From Candidatus Latescibacterota bacterium (GTDB lineage Bacteria; Latescibacterota; UBA2968; UBA8231): a stretch of 64,000 bases of DNA. The stretch lies in contig OZ244561.1 in assembly GCA_965217585.1 (NCBI GenBank), positions 7,168,001 through 7,232,000 on the forward strand. Direction: 5' to 3'. The notes under the pieces are model-generated. The model saw only the letters and a list, made by a program, of their open reading frames with translations. It did no database searches and was not told the DNA's origin. The translations under genes and the position numbers were made by a program. This document shows positions 38,713 through 49,602 of this stretch, piece after piece (the stretch's first letter is position 1; each line of letters opens with the position of its first letter).

Positions 38713-40412
38713 TTGGCCCCTCGCGGTCGCCCCAGCATTGCGTACACCCGCTCCAACGCCGCATCTATATCCTCACGCGGTGCCGCCACCACAGCCTGTT
38801 CGAGAACCTTGACCGCCTGCTGATATTGCCCCAACCCCACATAGACGCCAGCCACATTGCTCCACACGTCAGCGCGTTCCCGCTCGTGCTCCAACACGTT
38901 CAGGAGGATGGGCAGCGCGCCGCGCAAATCACCGCGCATCGCCCGCAGTGAACCGAGGTTGAACCAAGCCTGCCAATACGTCGAGTCGAGCCGCGTGGCC
39001 TGTTCGTATTTCAGCAGCGCCAGTTCGTAGCGGCCTTGTTGCAGATAGGCGTTGCCCAAGTCGTTGTGCGTGGCGGCCTTGCCCTGCCCATCCATCGCTG
39101 GCAGATCCCAATTCACCAACAGCAACAAGAGGGCGAGGAAAACCGTTGGCCAAAGCGCTTGGCGCAAGGATTGTTGCCGCCATCTCGCATACAGCCAGCT
39201 CCCTCCGTACACAGCGAACAGAATCAGCAGCGGAACGATCGGCAGGCGATAGCGAGCCGCAACAAAAAAGGAGATCACCGCGAAACTATAGCCGAGGACG
39301 AAAAGCACCGGCGGTGCAATGCCCTGCCGCCGGATGTACACCAGCAAACCCAACAGCGCGAACGGGCTTACCAAGCCAAAGGGAAAAGCCACCCCCCATT
39401 TCCACAAAGTACCAGCGAGCACGTTTGAATACTTCCGCCAATAGTACATTTCCTGATTGCGCTCTATTTCATCACCCCGCCAGAACTGGACTATTTTTGT
39501 CGCCAACAATCCCATGTAAGCGAGAGGCGCATTCTGCATGTGCTCAAGAGCCTGCATATAAAAGAACTGGGACTTGGCGGAAGGGCGGGTGATCCCTTCC
39601 CGCAGCGGCAGAGCAACCAATTCCTCCCATTCCCATCCCGGGCGCAACGCGACCGTCTGTTCGGCGTTTGCGTTGTTCCCTATGTAGAAATTCACCCCCC
39701 CGTTATAGGAGATCGGCACGATATCCCCGCCGATGGTGTAATTTCTCAGCGTTACCGGAGCAATCGCCAGCACCGCCCCCAGCAGAAAAGCAACGACTGC
39801 CAACGCGGCGTTTTTCCGCAACCAATAGAACAGCCAGATAGCCACGCCTATGATCAAGGGCGCGAGGATCGCCGCGGTAAGAGATGCGAGGCCCAACGCA
39901 AAACCTGCGGCTATAAAAATGAGCCTCGTCGGCCGCTCGACCGCACGCATTAACAGCAGGATACTTACAAGGGTCAAAAGAGTGGCTAGCCCAGCCGGCA
40001 AAAGCCGAGCGTCAAAGTAGATCAGCGGCCCATACACCGCCGCAATAAGGCCGCCGATAAAACCGACACCTGGGCCAAAAAGCCGCCCAACCAAGCACAG
40101 CAACACACAGGTAAGGCTGCCGATTAGCGCCTGCGCAAAGCGGGATACGTAGTAAAAGGATTCTGGGAATACGAGCTTGATTACGCCGAGGAAATAAGGA
40201 TAGAGCGGAGGTTGCCAGAACGGACCTTGGCCGCGTCCCAACCAGTTGCCTGCGGCTAGGCTGGCCGCCTGTTCGGAATAGGTGGCCGCGTCCACCGCCG
40301 GCATAGTAAAAAGAGGACTAGCCGACATCTGGAACGCATGCACCAAACGCAGACTCAGCGCCAGCGCCCCAATGCCCGCAGCCGTCCACCCCCAATGCCA
40401 GGGTCGCCTCAT
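38709..40412 (-). CDS. GT39/ArnT-like membrane glycosyltransferase with C-terminal TPRs
   Basis: DAATY, PPLYPYFL, NFYIGNN, RYRLP; HNDLGNAY TPRs. Confidence 0.8.
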   Translation of the reverse strand: MRRPWHWGWTAAGIGALALSLRLVHAFQMSASPLFTMPAVDAATYSEQAASLAAGNWLGRGQGPFWQPPLYPYFLGVIKLVFPESFYYVSRFAQALIGSLTCVLLCLVGRLFGPGVGFIGGLIAAVYGPLIYFDARLLPAGLATLLTLVSILLLMRAVERPTRLIFIAAGFALGLASLTAAILAPLIIGVAIWLFYWLRKNAALAVVAFLLGAVLAIAPVTLRNYTIGGDIVPISYNGGVNFYIGNNANAEQTVALRPGWEWEELVALPLREGITRPSAKSQFFYMQALEHMQNAPLAYMGLLATKIVQFWRGDEIERNQEMYYWRKYSNVLAGTLWKWGVAFPFGLVSPFALLGLLVYIRRQGIAPPVLFVLGYSFAVISFFVAARYRLPIVPLLILFAVYGGSWLYARWRQQSLRQALWPTVFLALLLLLVNWDLPAMDGQGKAATHNDLGNAYLQQGRYELALLKYEQATRLDSTYWQAWFNLGSLRAMRGDLRGALPILLNVLEHERERADVWSNVAGVYVGLGQYQQAVKVLEQAVVAAPREDIDAALERVYAMLGRPRGAK

Positions 40413-40433
40413 AGGACTCTCAGTTCGACCGTT

Positions 40434-41531
40434 TTAGCGGACGATCACGTCCCACACCTTCGACATCCGCGCCTTCCCCTCGGGACCTGCGACGTAGAGC
40501 GTGACTGTATAGGTCGTCCCAGGCTCTGCGTACTGGTGGATGGGGTGTTGCTCGGTCGAGGTCTTGCCGTCGCCGAAATCCCAGCGCCACGAGCGGATAT
40601 CCCCGTAGGACAAATCCTTGAAAGCGACCAAGCGGCGTTCCATATCGAGGACGGTAAATGCCCATTGCGCTTCGACCGGGTCGCGAAAGGCTTTTTCCAG
40701 CGGCATCAGCCGGAAGCCGACCAGTTCGGAGGCGTTGCCGAACATGGTCGTCTTGTGGGATAGGTTCCAAAAGCCCTCGAACTCCTGCTGTTTGACCTCG
40801 ACATCATCGTAGTCGAGGATGCACCAAGTCAGGCCGACCAAGGCGTCCTCTTCGAGCTTCGACTCCACGGCGCGCTCCGGCCCGTCGGCGGGGGCGTAGT
40901 CGAAAGGGGTGATCCAGAATTCGAGCGCGTAGCGCCCGCTGTCGCCCGGCGCAAAATCGTAGCGCGCCGCCGCATTGGCCCAAGGCAGCTCGTAGATCCA
41001 CTGATTGGCACCCCAGACCATAGTCCAGGGCTTGCCGTCGGCCGGGGTCAGGACGTGGTAGTTCTGGGCGTGGACGCCGTGGAATTTGAAGTGGCCGTCG
41101 AGGCCCTCCAGCCCGTTGGTGTCCTTGTCCTCGCGCAGTTGGGGGATCAAAGGACCGCCGGACAAATCGCCATCGACGACGATCTCCAAAATGTCGTTGT
41201 GCAGATCGCGGTGGCTGAAATCCCAGTAGTCGTCATAGGCTTCGTAGAGGAAGTAGAGTCGGTTTAGCCCCTTGACCCAGCCGACGCGCACGGTGACGTC
41301 TAGATCGGTGGTATCGATCGGGCTGTGGTGTACGGTGTCTTGCAACTGATCGATGCCGATGGCGTAGTCAGCAGGAACCATGCCCCAGTCGGATACATCT
41401 CCATCGACGCGGGGGATCTGATCGGCGGGGAACTGAAAAATTTTGAAGGTGGTATCCGGCCGTTCCAGTGCGGCGGCGGACAGTGCCCACAGCACGCCAA
41501 CGATTAGGATCGCGCTGCAGCTTCTTTGCAT
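40434..41531 (-). CDS. Secreted PKD-domain protein with CBM9-like N-terminal domain
   Basis: Signal peptide, PRVDGDVSDW, WDFGDG..STEQHPIHQY; GGAGG RBS. Confidence 0.75.
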   Translation of the reverse strand: MQRSCSAILIVGVLWALSAAALERPDTTFKIFQFPADQIPRVDGDVSDWGMVPADYAIGIDQLQDTVHHSPIDTTDLDVTVRVGWVKGLNRLYFLYEAYDDYWDFSHRDLHNDILEIVVDGDLSGGPLIPQLREDKDTNGLEGLDGHFKFHGVHAQNYHVLTPADGKPWTMVWGANQWIYELPWANAAARYDFAPGDSGRYALEFWITPFDYAPADGPERAVESKLEEDALVGLTWCILDYDDVEVKQQEFEGFWNLSHKTTMFGNASELVGFRLMPLEKAFRDPVEAQWAFTVLDMERRLVAFKDLSYGDIRSWRWDFGDGKTSTEQHPIHQYAEPGTTYTVTLYVAGPEGKARMSKVWDVIVR

Positions 41532-41547
41532 GTGTCGGTTCCTCCGC

Positions 41548-42699
41548 TCAAATCCGATTGTCATCGATATAATCCCAGTTGTAGGCTATGCCCAGCCCTG
41601 GTTCCTGCGATACGTGTATGCACCCTTCGCCATCCATGGGATCGGCAATCTGATCGAGATGCGGTGGGCTCTCGTCGTAATCGCGCCCGAGCCGCAGGAG
41701 GCCGCGCTCGTAATAGCGACAAGTAGCTTCGGGAGTAGCCGCGGCCAAATGCACATGCGGGGCACCAACCCCGTGCAGTTCGCATTGCACGCCGTAGAGC
41801 TGGCACAAATTGATCAGCTTCCAGCAGCCGGTGATGCCGCCGTAATTCACATCGATGCGCAGCATGTCGCAGGCCCCCTGCAACAGCCACTCGGCCCGCG
41901 CAAAGGGCCCGCCCTTGACGTGTTCGGGGGAACAGATGGCGATGGTAGTTTGCTGCGTCAGGCGGCGGTAGGACTCCACCCGCGTCTCGACCATCGGGTG
42001 TTCCAACCAATAGTAGTTCAATTCTTCCAATTCCCGCGCAACCCACAGCGATTCCTCCAGAGTATAGACGCCGAACGGATCGAGCATCAGCACGATATCG
42101 TCGCCCACGGCCTCGCGCACGGCGCGACAGATCTCCACATCCTCCTTGGGAAATCCCGGCAGTTGCGGCGCAGGCTCCCGCGTGTGCGGATTCCAGCAGA
42201 TGTTGGCGTGTACTTTGAAGGCTTTATAACCGCGCACTACGCACTCTCGCGCCAGATCTTCATACACCTTGGGGCCGCCCAAGTTCGGGTAGGTACTGGC
42301 GTATGCTTCGACCTTGTCGCGCGTGCCACCCAAGAGTTGGTACACGGGCATGCCGGCTTTTTGCCCCGCCAAATCCCACAGCGCGCAATCGACAATGCCA
42401 AGTTCGTGTTCGGCGAGGCTGTGGCCAAACGTGGACATCTGGTCCATCCAATGCCATAGCTTCTCTCGGTTGAGGGGATCCTCGCCGACTAGCAGGCTTT
42501 TGGCGGCACCTTCCATCGTCGCCTTGTTGCCGCCCAGCATGTGCCCTGTGACGCCTTCGTCGGTAGAGATTCTGGTGATCGCACCAGTGCCTTCCACTTC
42601 CTCGTCGTCAATCCACACGCCGTAGCCCCAGCGCGAGCCGGCACTGCGGCCGCGGTGTTTGGTGCGAAAATGAATGACTTCTACATTAGTGATTTTCAC
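41548..42699 (-). CDS. Mandelate racemase/muconate lactonizing enzyme family (enolase superfamily)
   Basis: DCALWDLAG..AGMPVYQLLGG, KAFKVH, LMLD, WLEHP. Confidence 0.9.
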   Translation of the reverse strand: MKITNVEVIHFRTKHRGRSAGSRWGYGVWIDDEEVEGTGAITRISTDEGVTGHMLGGNKATMEGAAKSLLVGEDPLNREKLWHWMDQMSTFGHSLAEHELGIVDCALWDLAGQKAGMPVYQLLGGTRDKVEAYASTYPNLGGPKVYEDLARECVVRGYKAFKVHANICWNPHTREPAPQLPGFPKEDVEICRAVREAVGDDIVLMLDPFGVYTLEESLWVARELEELNYYWLEHPMVETRVESYRRLTQQTTIAICSPEHVKGGPFARAEWLLQGACDMLRIDVNYGGITGCWKLINLCQLYGVQCELHGVGAPHVHLAAATPEATCRYYERGLLRLGRDYDESPPHLDQIADPMDGEGCIHVSQEPGLGIAYNWDYIDDNRI

Positions 42700-42744
42700 G
42701 ATTTGTCCTCCTCAGAACATGAATAACCGCATAGGCACCGCCGG

Positions 42745-43281
42745 TCACTCTTCAAAAGGGAATGAGTCATATATCGACTCAGCAAGCGCGTAGATATAGT
42801 CATAGTCATACTCTCGACCGATTTTTTTCGTCCAGTACCGGCCATGTGCAAGCCAATGTCTATATTTAAAGGCTTGCTCTAAGTCTGAAATGATAGATAG
42901 GGGAACAGTCGAATACGATTTCCACTGCAAAAAAATATCCCCTAGCGGCACATGTTGACCCTTATTCTGATATAATGTTCTAAAGGACCTTGATAGAGGG
43001 TCTTTTTGTCTTTTATAGCAACGCTGCAAAAAGTCCATACGGAAAGCCGCTTCTAAAGAGGCTAAGATACTCATGGATGTACTCAGTGCATGTTCTGCAA
43101 GAACGGAGTACATCTCGTGTTCCATTTCCAGTGGTGTATAACCTACGAAACGATCGCCTAAGTAGGAGTTACTAAAGGAAAAGTAGTTCTTTACGGATGC
43201 TTCGATGTCGCTATAATATTGGACAATCTCGACAAGTGAGAGATGTTCTCCAGAAAAGGTGATTCTCCGAGCACTAGGCAT
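42745..43281 (-). CDS. Hypothetical protein with HEPN-like Rx4H motif
   Basis: LEAAFR upstream and RHWLAH; low GC; ATG overlaps the upstream stop by 8 bp. Confidence 0.6.
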   Translation of the reverse strand: MPSARRITFSGEHLSLVEIVQYYSDIEASVKNYFSFSNSYLGDRFVGYTPLEMEHEMYSVLAEHALSTSMSILASLEAAFRMDFLQRCYKRQKDPLSRSFRTLYQNKGQHVPLGDIFLQWKSYSTVPLSIISDLEQAFKYRHWLAHGRYWTKKIGREYDYDYIYALAESIYDSFPFEE

Positions 43282-43807
43282 TCGCAACTTCCATTATTGC
43301 GGAAAGGAAGGACTCCTCTTCAAGTTCGGTATATTTAATGTTCGGAGACCGTGTAGCTATTTTCCATGCCCACTCCTCCACAATAGGTTCCGGTTCCTCC
43401 TTTGTTTCGCTAGATGAGTCTCGAACGATGACGCGGATCGTAGAGGAAGAAGCTGTTTTCGGGACAAGAACAAACTTGACCGTACCATGCGGCCCGTGCA
43501 TGTCCACACGACCTTTGGCACCGAAAATTATTGTACCGATGGGCTCGAATTGAACTTTGATGGTACCAATATGGACTTCAAGAGATTTCACATCATAACT
43601 ACCAATGTGTTCCTCATTGAGCTGCTTTGTGTCCCATGTAATATGGACCTTACCTTGGTCAATGTATTTCTGTAGGAATCCTTCGGCTAGCTGATAGAAT
43701 TCATCGAGATGATTCATCCAATCGTCGCGTATTTGGGTCCAGTCGATTGGTGGTTCTTTCTTGGCTATCTGCTGGTTCACGAAATCATCAAAAGACATAT
43801 TTGTCAT
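43274..43807 (-). CDS. Hypothetical protein, partner of the HEPN-like gene
   Basis: 177-aa low-GC ORF with AAGGAG RBS, translationally coupled to 42745-43281. Confidence 0.7.
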   Translation of the reverse strand: MTNMSFDDFVNQQIAKKEPPIDWTQIRDDWMNHLDEFYQLAEGFLQKYIDQGKVHITWDTKQLNEEHIGSYDVKSLEVHIGTIKVQFEPIGTIIFGAKGRVDMHGPHGTVKFVLVPKTASSSTIRVIVRDSSSETKEEPEPIVEEWAWKIATRSPNIKYTELEEESFLSAIMEVANA

Positions 43808-43888
43808 TGTGATTCTCCTTTGAATTATGCCAAATTGGTCAGTACTTGGTCTATTCGGTAAAAGTAAAGTAGTGGGGATGTATCGACG

Positions 43889-44149
43889 CTACAGGTTCTT
43901 GGCATGGAAGAAATCCTTTGCCAATTCTTCCGGGGGCAGATTGATGGCCGATACTTGGTAGGACTTCAAGACATCTAAAAACACAATGCGTTCCATACCT
44001 GCAAACCGAGCGGCTTGCCCAGAAGACAGACGTCCGAGTTCAAATAATTTGATGGCTATCAGCAGACGTCCTTTTTCGGCGAAGCGTTCAGGCGTTTCGC
44101 TGAGAGTTTGCAGAATATCATCTGGACATTCAAATGTAATTTTAGACAT
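43889..44149 (-). CDS. UPF0175 family antitoxin-like protein (orphan)
   Basis: AIKLFELGRLSSGQAARFAGM..FL motif. Confidence 0.85.
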   Translation of the reverse strand: MSKITFECPDDILQTLSETPERFAEKGRLLIAIKLFELGRLSSGQAARFAGMERIVFLDVLKSYQVSAINLPPEELAKDFFHAKNL

Positions 44150-44299
44150 TATGGCACTCCGTCTGAAAATTTTCTTTTGGCTTCTGCCAAATTAGTCAGC
44201 ACCTAGTCAGTTTGCGACCTGATGGTAATGTGCCATACCCCCTACATCTCGTCAAGTAACAGGCTGAACGAGCTTAGAAGTCAGCAAACGCACACCTGC

Positions 44300-45505
44300 C
44301 TATTGGGGCAATAACGTCTCGATATTGTCCTCATATACGACGACCCTGTCTTCGTATTCCCGCCGCAACCCCATCAGAAACGCATCGGCCAAGCGGCTCT
44401 CCTCGACGCGTTTCAACAGTGCCCGCGCCCGCTTCGCCGCGGTGTCAAAAGGCTCGGGAGTGCTGCCGAAATTCGACTTCAGCACCTTGAACACCGAATA
44501 GTACTCGCCGCCCCGAAGCATGGCCTCCGGCCCGGCCACTTGGGCGGCCTGCACCGTCACCGCTAGCGGACCGTACAACGGACCGACCGCAACGCTGCGC
44601 ACGGTGTCGATCAATTCTCGGTAGAAGGATTGTTCAGAGGCATGGATGTGGAATTTGCCCTGCGCGCCTTTGCCCGCCGTCCGCAAGGTGTATTCGTCGG
44701 CGAGTGCTCCCATATCCTCACCCGCCTCGATTCGCTCTTTGATCTCCACGGCCTCTTCCCGGGTTTGCACCATGATCTCCTGCAGCGTGACCTCCTCTGG
44801 TGCGGTGAATAACTCGGGCCGGGCGTGCATGACTTGGTAGATCCCGAACTGGCCGTTGGGCAGGTTAATCGGCTCGGAATACTCGCCGGTCTCAAGCGCG
44901 TTTATGTATTCTTGCAGGTAGGTCGGGATGCGCTTGGCGGTCAGGTAGCCGTCCAATTCCCCACCTTGCGGTGCCGTCGATTGGTGCAGTGACCGGCTGA
45001 GCGCCAGTGCGGTGAAATCCTCCCCGTCGGCGAGGCTTTGTCGGATCTCCTCGGCTTCGGCCTGTGTGGCAACGATGATCAGGCGCAGCTTCACCTCGCG
45101 CTCCTTGTCCGCGGCCTCGTAGGCCGCCCGCAACTCCTGCTCATCGACGCGAACCTTGGAAAGGAATTCGCGCTCGAACAACAGCCGCAACACTCGTTCG
45201 GCCTTTTCCTTGCGCAGCTTCTGCGCCACCTCCGGCGCCTCGTCAAGCCCCCTTTTGATCGCTTCTTGGAGAAAAATCTCCTTGTCGATGATCGTCTGTA
45301 GATAGTCGCGGTAGCCGTCCATTCCGGATTTCTTCGTCTTTAGCTCCGCCGGCAGGCGCTGTTCAAAGGCTATCAGTTGGGAGGCCGTTATTCGGCGGTC
45401 TCCCACTTCGGCCAAAACGGGGTTTTCCAGTTCCTCGGCATCCTTTGTACAGCCCATAAGTGCTAGGGCAATCCCACTGCAAACTAAGAACAGGTACGCT
45501 TTCAT
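44300..45505 (-). CDS. Parvulin/PrsA-SurA-like peptidylprolyl isomerase lipoprotein (possibly internally deleted)
   Basis: LMGC lipobox, GEDFTALA..S..GGELD, second degenerate rotamase domain. Confidence 0.75.
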   Translation of the reverse strand: MKAYLFLVCSGIALALMGCTKDAEELENPVLAEVGDRRITASQLIAFEQRLPAELKTKKSGMDGYRDYLQTIIDKEIFLQEAIKRGLDEAPEVAQKLRKEKAERVLRLLFEREFLSKVRVDEQELRAAYEAADKEREVKLRLIIVATQAEAEEIRQSLADGEDFTALALSRSLHQSTAPQGGELDGYLTAKRIPTYLQEYINALETGEYSEPINLPNGQFGIYQVMHARPELFTAPEEVTLQEIMVQTREEAVEIKERIEAGEDMGALADEYTLRTAGKGAQGKFHIHASEQSFYRELIDTVRSVAVGPLYGPLAVTVQAAQVAGPEAMLRGGEYYSVFKVLKSNFGSTPEPFDTAAKRARALLKRVEESRLADAFLMGLRREYEDRVVVYEDNIETLLPQ

Positions 45506-45571
45506 AGACTCGATAAACTCACAATTTTTTAGGTGGAATGAATCAAACCGCGGCACGACGGTCAGCAGGCG

Positions 45572-47974
45572 CTAGCGGATGCTGCCATATACCGTCACGA
45601 AAGAGAGGGCACCCGTCTCCCGAGCGCTCGGCTGTTCAAAGCGCTCCAGATAGCGCCTGCTCACCCTTATCCCCATCAGGGTTTGCAGGGTATAGCCCAG
45701 ATACGGTGTGTCGATGGAAAGTTGCACGGCGAGCGAAGTCTCGTCGAAATCTCCGGTCGTATCGCCACCGCGCAAGTCGGCAGCCGTCTCATCCTGGGTA
45801 AAATCGCGGAAGATCAGGTGCTCGACTCCCAACTGCAGCAACACGCGGTTCAAAAAGGGACGCCGCAGCAAGAGCGAGAAAATCCCGCTCCAGTCCTGGC
45901 GCTCGGCCGTCGAAGCGCCGGTCAGGCGACCGATATTGTAGGGCGTGTCGTCCATGAAGAGTTCGTGCTTGAAGCGCGGTCGCGGGCATTGGCGTCGCGT
46001 TGCCGAATGAACTCGTGAATGAACTTGCCCTCGCTATTGATGCCCTTGTAGGTCTTGCCGGTGAAACCAGCCCACAGCCGGTTGACTAGCGCGTCCCGCA
46101 TCGCCAGCGGATCCATGATCGGCTGCATCGACCCAGGCGAGTCCAGCGGCCGGCCCAATTCGGGTCGCGCCGTCACCCACTGGACCACGTCGGCGGCGAT
46201 GTCGTCCTGCACCAGCTTGAACATGTTGTAGAACGTCGCGTTGCCCACCCTGGGGAAATTGCGCTCGTAGGCCAGCAGGGCGTAGCGGGTCAGGTTCTTT
46301 GCGCCGGTGGACAAGCGCTGCACTTGCTCTTGCCCCGCCATCCACTTCAGCTCCGGCGTCAGCCACGCCCCCAAGTAGGCGTTGTACCCGCGCCGGTCGC
46401 GCTTATAGGGATAATCCGGCTCGTCGTCGTTTTCGAACCGCTCGCCCCAACCATTGTTGTTCAAGTCGATGGCGAAGACGAATTCCGGCCGATCGACGTA
46501 GTGGCGCAAAAACTGCTCTTCGTAGTCGGGCATGAAATTGGGGCGCACTGGAGTGTTATTCTGGTTGAAATCGGAGATGAAGTCGTTGTTTTCGTCGAGA
46601 CCGGGAAACACCGCCCCATCGGCCAGCCCCTCCTTGTCGCGCCGCTGGTCGAGGCGGATGTCGTTGTCGTCGTTGTCATCCACCAAGTCGTAGATAAACT
46701 CCGACCGCGCCTCTTCGTCGTCGCTGTAATTGATCCGCCCGCCCTGATCGACGAGGAACGACGTAGTGTTGTATTCGGCGTCCATGCCGAACGCCTCGCC
46801 GAAGAGGAAGAAGGGGTAGTGCTCTTTGCCGACGTTGACCATCCAGCCCGTCGCCGACTCATCCCCCAACACGCCGGATGCACTGTGGTGCGTCTTGCGG
46901 GCGATATTGGGATACTGCCGAAACTGGTGGTTGACATTGTACTCGGCGTACACCCGAAAGCCCGCCCAATCGCTAACCTCGAAGCTGAAGCCGAAAACCT
47001 GGGTCGCCGTCGGCAAGCCGTAGTCGAAGACGACCCACTGCTGATTGGAGTTGTCTTGGACATTGTCCGCCGCTCGCACCACGTTTACAAACTTGGATTG
47101 GGCACCTAAAGGTTCGTTGTCGGTCTGGACGTCTGAAGTGACATCGACTCGATAATCGTTGTTGAGTAGGAAACGGAACTTCACCGCGGTGATGTTGTTG
47201 ACCAAATCGGCATCGTCGATAATGTCTTCCAGCGCCACTACTGCCGGCTCCTCAGAAGAGAAATTGTACCGATAGGTGATCTCGCCCTCGCTGCCAGTTC
47301 CTTCGGCAACGGGGAAGCCATTGCGCGTGGTACCACCCTCCACCTGCGGCTGAAAGCCGATCTGGCTGCCAACTAGCACGGTGTCGCGACCACCGATTTG
47401 GGTATGCACTTCAATGTCTTGGTCGAAAACCGTAGGCCCGCCCACGCCGTCCTCGGGCGAGTCGTCCGTTATGCGGACGATGATCCAGTTGAGACGATTC
47501 TCCAGTTGGCCGTTGGTCAGCTTGCCCTTGAAGGGATTGCCGCCGCGGTCGGCTTGCGCCCGGCCGTTGTGGGCGTTGACAAAAGTCGCGCCCAAACGCA
47601 CGGCGTCGAGGGCCTTCCATTCGCCCCGGAAGCCGAGCAGGTTGGTAAAGTTCTCAGTGACGATGGGGACGCGGATACCCGGTGCGATCTGGTCCACCGG
47701 CAGACTGATCCGCGACATCAGCACGGTAGCGGCCAAGCGGTCGGCGGCATAGTCGAACTGCACCCCATTGAACCGGGTTTTGCGGAACGTCATTGGCGTC
47801 AGCGTGGTGTTGATCAGGTCGCCGATCGTCACCCCCAAATAGTGCTGGCCCTTGGCATCGGTGGCGATGAGCAGGTTGCTGAACCACGAGTTGTAGCGCC
47901 CGGACGGTTTGAGCAGGCCCGAGCCCCCAGAGCTGGTCGGCTGCCGCTGCCGCCAGTCGTACACCAGCCAACCG
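45572..47974 (-). pseudogene. Fragmented large hypothetical outer-membrane/secreted protein
   Basis: No signal peptide or RBS at the 5' end; frame switch near 45975; acidic DxDxNxD motifs. Confidence 0.6.
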
Positions 47975-48227
47975 GCGGCAATTCACCGGCAGCCACCAAT
48001 TCATCGAGTACAGGCGATTGGCGGAAGGTCTGCAATCCCACGTCCGCAGCCGTGGCTGGCGGCCGGAACCAGGCCTCTGGCCACGCGCTCCGCGGGATGT
48101 CGCCCGTCGGCACCGCGCGCTGGACATCGGCAGCCGCGGGCGGGCGATCCGTTTCGACCGGAGCGCAGCCCAACCACGCAACCGCGCCTATACTCCACAC
48201 CATCCTGCCCCATCCAATCACCTGCAT
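47968..48227 (-). pseudogene. 5' fragment of an ABC family-5 substrate-binding lipoprotein
   Basis: WLGC lipobox, then FRQSPVLDELVAAGELPPV, after which similarity ends abruptly. Confidence 0.55.
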
Positions 48228-48369
48228 GACCTCTCTCCTCTTGCCCATTTCCTTGACAGGTCGGGCAAAGTTTCATAATCTGTAACCCCGCCAGCACTGA
48301 GCGTCTCCCCTCTTGCTCGGCTAGCTACGCCGCAGAAATCACCGCCGGAATGCCACCGGAAAAACCGCC

Positions 48370-49602
48370 ATGACCGCACAACCTCAGTTACACCAAGCCC
48401 CGCCTCCCCAGCCCCGATGCGCTGCCGCCCGCTTGCTTCACACCGCTCTCGCCGATGTCCCCGTCCCCTGCCAGTTCACCTTTGCTCAAGGCGAGACCCT
48501 GCGCTTGGGGCCGGCTGGCGAACCGGCCTTTAGCGTCGTCTTCCACTCCGACGAGGTGCTCGGCAAAAGACTCGACGAATACGCCATCTGTCGCGCCTAC
48601 ATCGAGGGCCAGATTGAGATCGAAGGCGATGTGCGCTGCTTCCTAGATCTGCGCCAGTACCTCAGAGGCAATGTCAGCCTCAGTTTCCTGTTACGGGTCT
48701 ATCTGCAACTCTTCTGGAGCAACCGCATTCGCCTCAACCGCGTTTCCATCGCGCACCACTACAATTTCGGCGACGATTTCTACTTGGCGTTCGTCGATCG
48801 CCAGTACCATCTCTACTCGCACTGCCTCTTCCACCACCACGACGACACGCTGGAACAGGCCGCCGAGCACAAATTTGCCGCCATGGCCCAAGCCCTACAC
48901 CTGCAAGCGGGTGACCGCCTGCTCGACATCGGCGCGGGCTGGGGCGCAGTTACCCGCTATGCCGGCCCGCGCGGCATCCACTGCACGGCCCTGACCATTG
49001 CCGAGGACTCGTACCGGCTGCACCAAAACCTCATCGCCGAACAAGGGCTGGCGACCTGCCAAATTCGCCTCGAAGATTTCCTCGCGCACGAGCCGCACGA
49101 GCCGTACGACGCCATCGTCATCTTCGGCGTCATCGAGCACATCCCCCACTACCGCGACTTTACCGCGCAAGTGTGGAAGTGCCTCAAGCCCGGGGGCCGC
49201 ATTTATCTGGACGCCTCGGCCACGCTCGAGAAATACAAGGTGAGCAATTTCGTGCGTCGCTATATCTACCCCGGCACCCACACGTACCTGTGCCTGCCCG
49301 ACCTGCTGCAAGAATTTCTCATGCACGGTTTCAAGGTGGAGGAAGTGGTAGATGAAACTCACGATTACGCCCTGACGCTGGGCCACTGGGCCGCTCGCTT
49401 TGAGGTCAACCGCCAGACCGTCGTCGAGCGCTGGGACGAAGCGGTCTTCCGCGCCTTCCGCCTGTACTTGTGGGGCGGGGCCCGCGCCATGCACAACCGC
49501 CAACTCCAAGCCTACCACGTGGTGGCCCAGCGCACCGAGGCCCCTGGCATCCGGCCGGGGTTTTTCAAGCGCCTGCTCTACTTCATCCGCAGTCTTAATT
49601 AG
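48370..49602 (+). CDS. Cyclopropane-fatty-acyl-phospholipid synthase family SAM methyltransferase
   Basis: IAHHYNFGDDFY, LLDIGAGWG, GVIEH, RYIYPG, DYALTLGHW. Confidence 0.88.
   Translation: MTAQPQLHQAPPPQPRCAAARLLHTALADVPVPCQFTFAQGETLRLGPAGEPAFSVVFHSDEVLGKRLDEYAICRAYIEGQIEIEGDVRCFLDLRQYLRGNVSLSFLLRVYLQLFWSNRIRLNRVSIAHHYNFGDDFYLAFVDRQYHLYSHCLFHHHDDTLEQAAEHKFAAMAQALHLQAGDRLLDIGAGWGAVTRYAGPRGIHCTALTIAEDSYRLHQNLIAEQGLATCQIRLEDFLAHEPHEPYDAIVIFGVIEHIPHYRDFTAQVWKCLKPGGRIYLDASATLEKYKVSNFVRRYIYPGTHTYLCLPDLLQEFLMHGFKVEEVVDETHDYALTLGHWAARFEVNRQTVVERWDEAVFRAFRLYLWGGARAMHNRQLQAYHVVAQRTEAPGIRPGFFKRLLYFIRSLN

Noticed and set aside
42745-44300. Integron cassette array
   Set aside because: No recognisable attC sites and no integrase in the window
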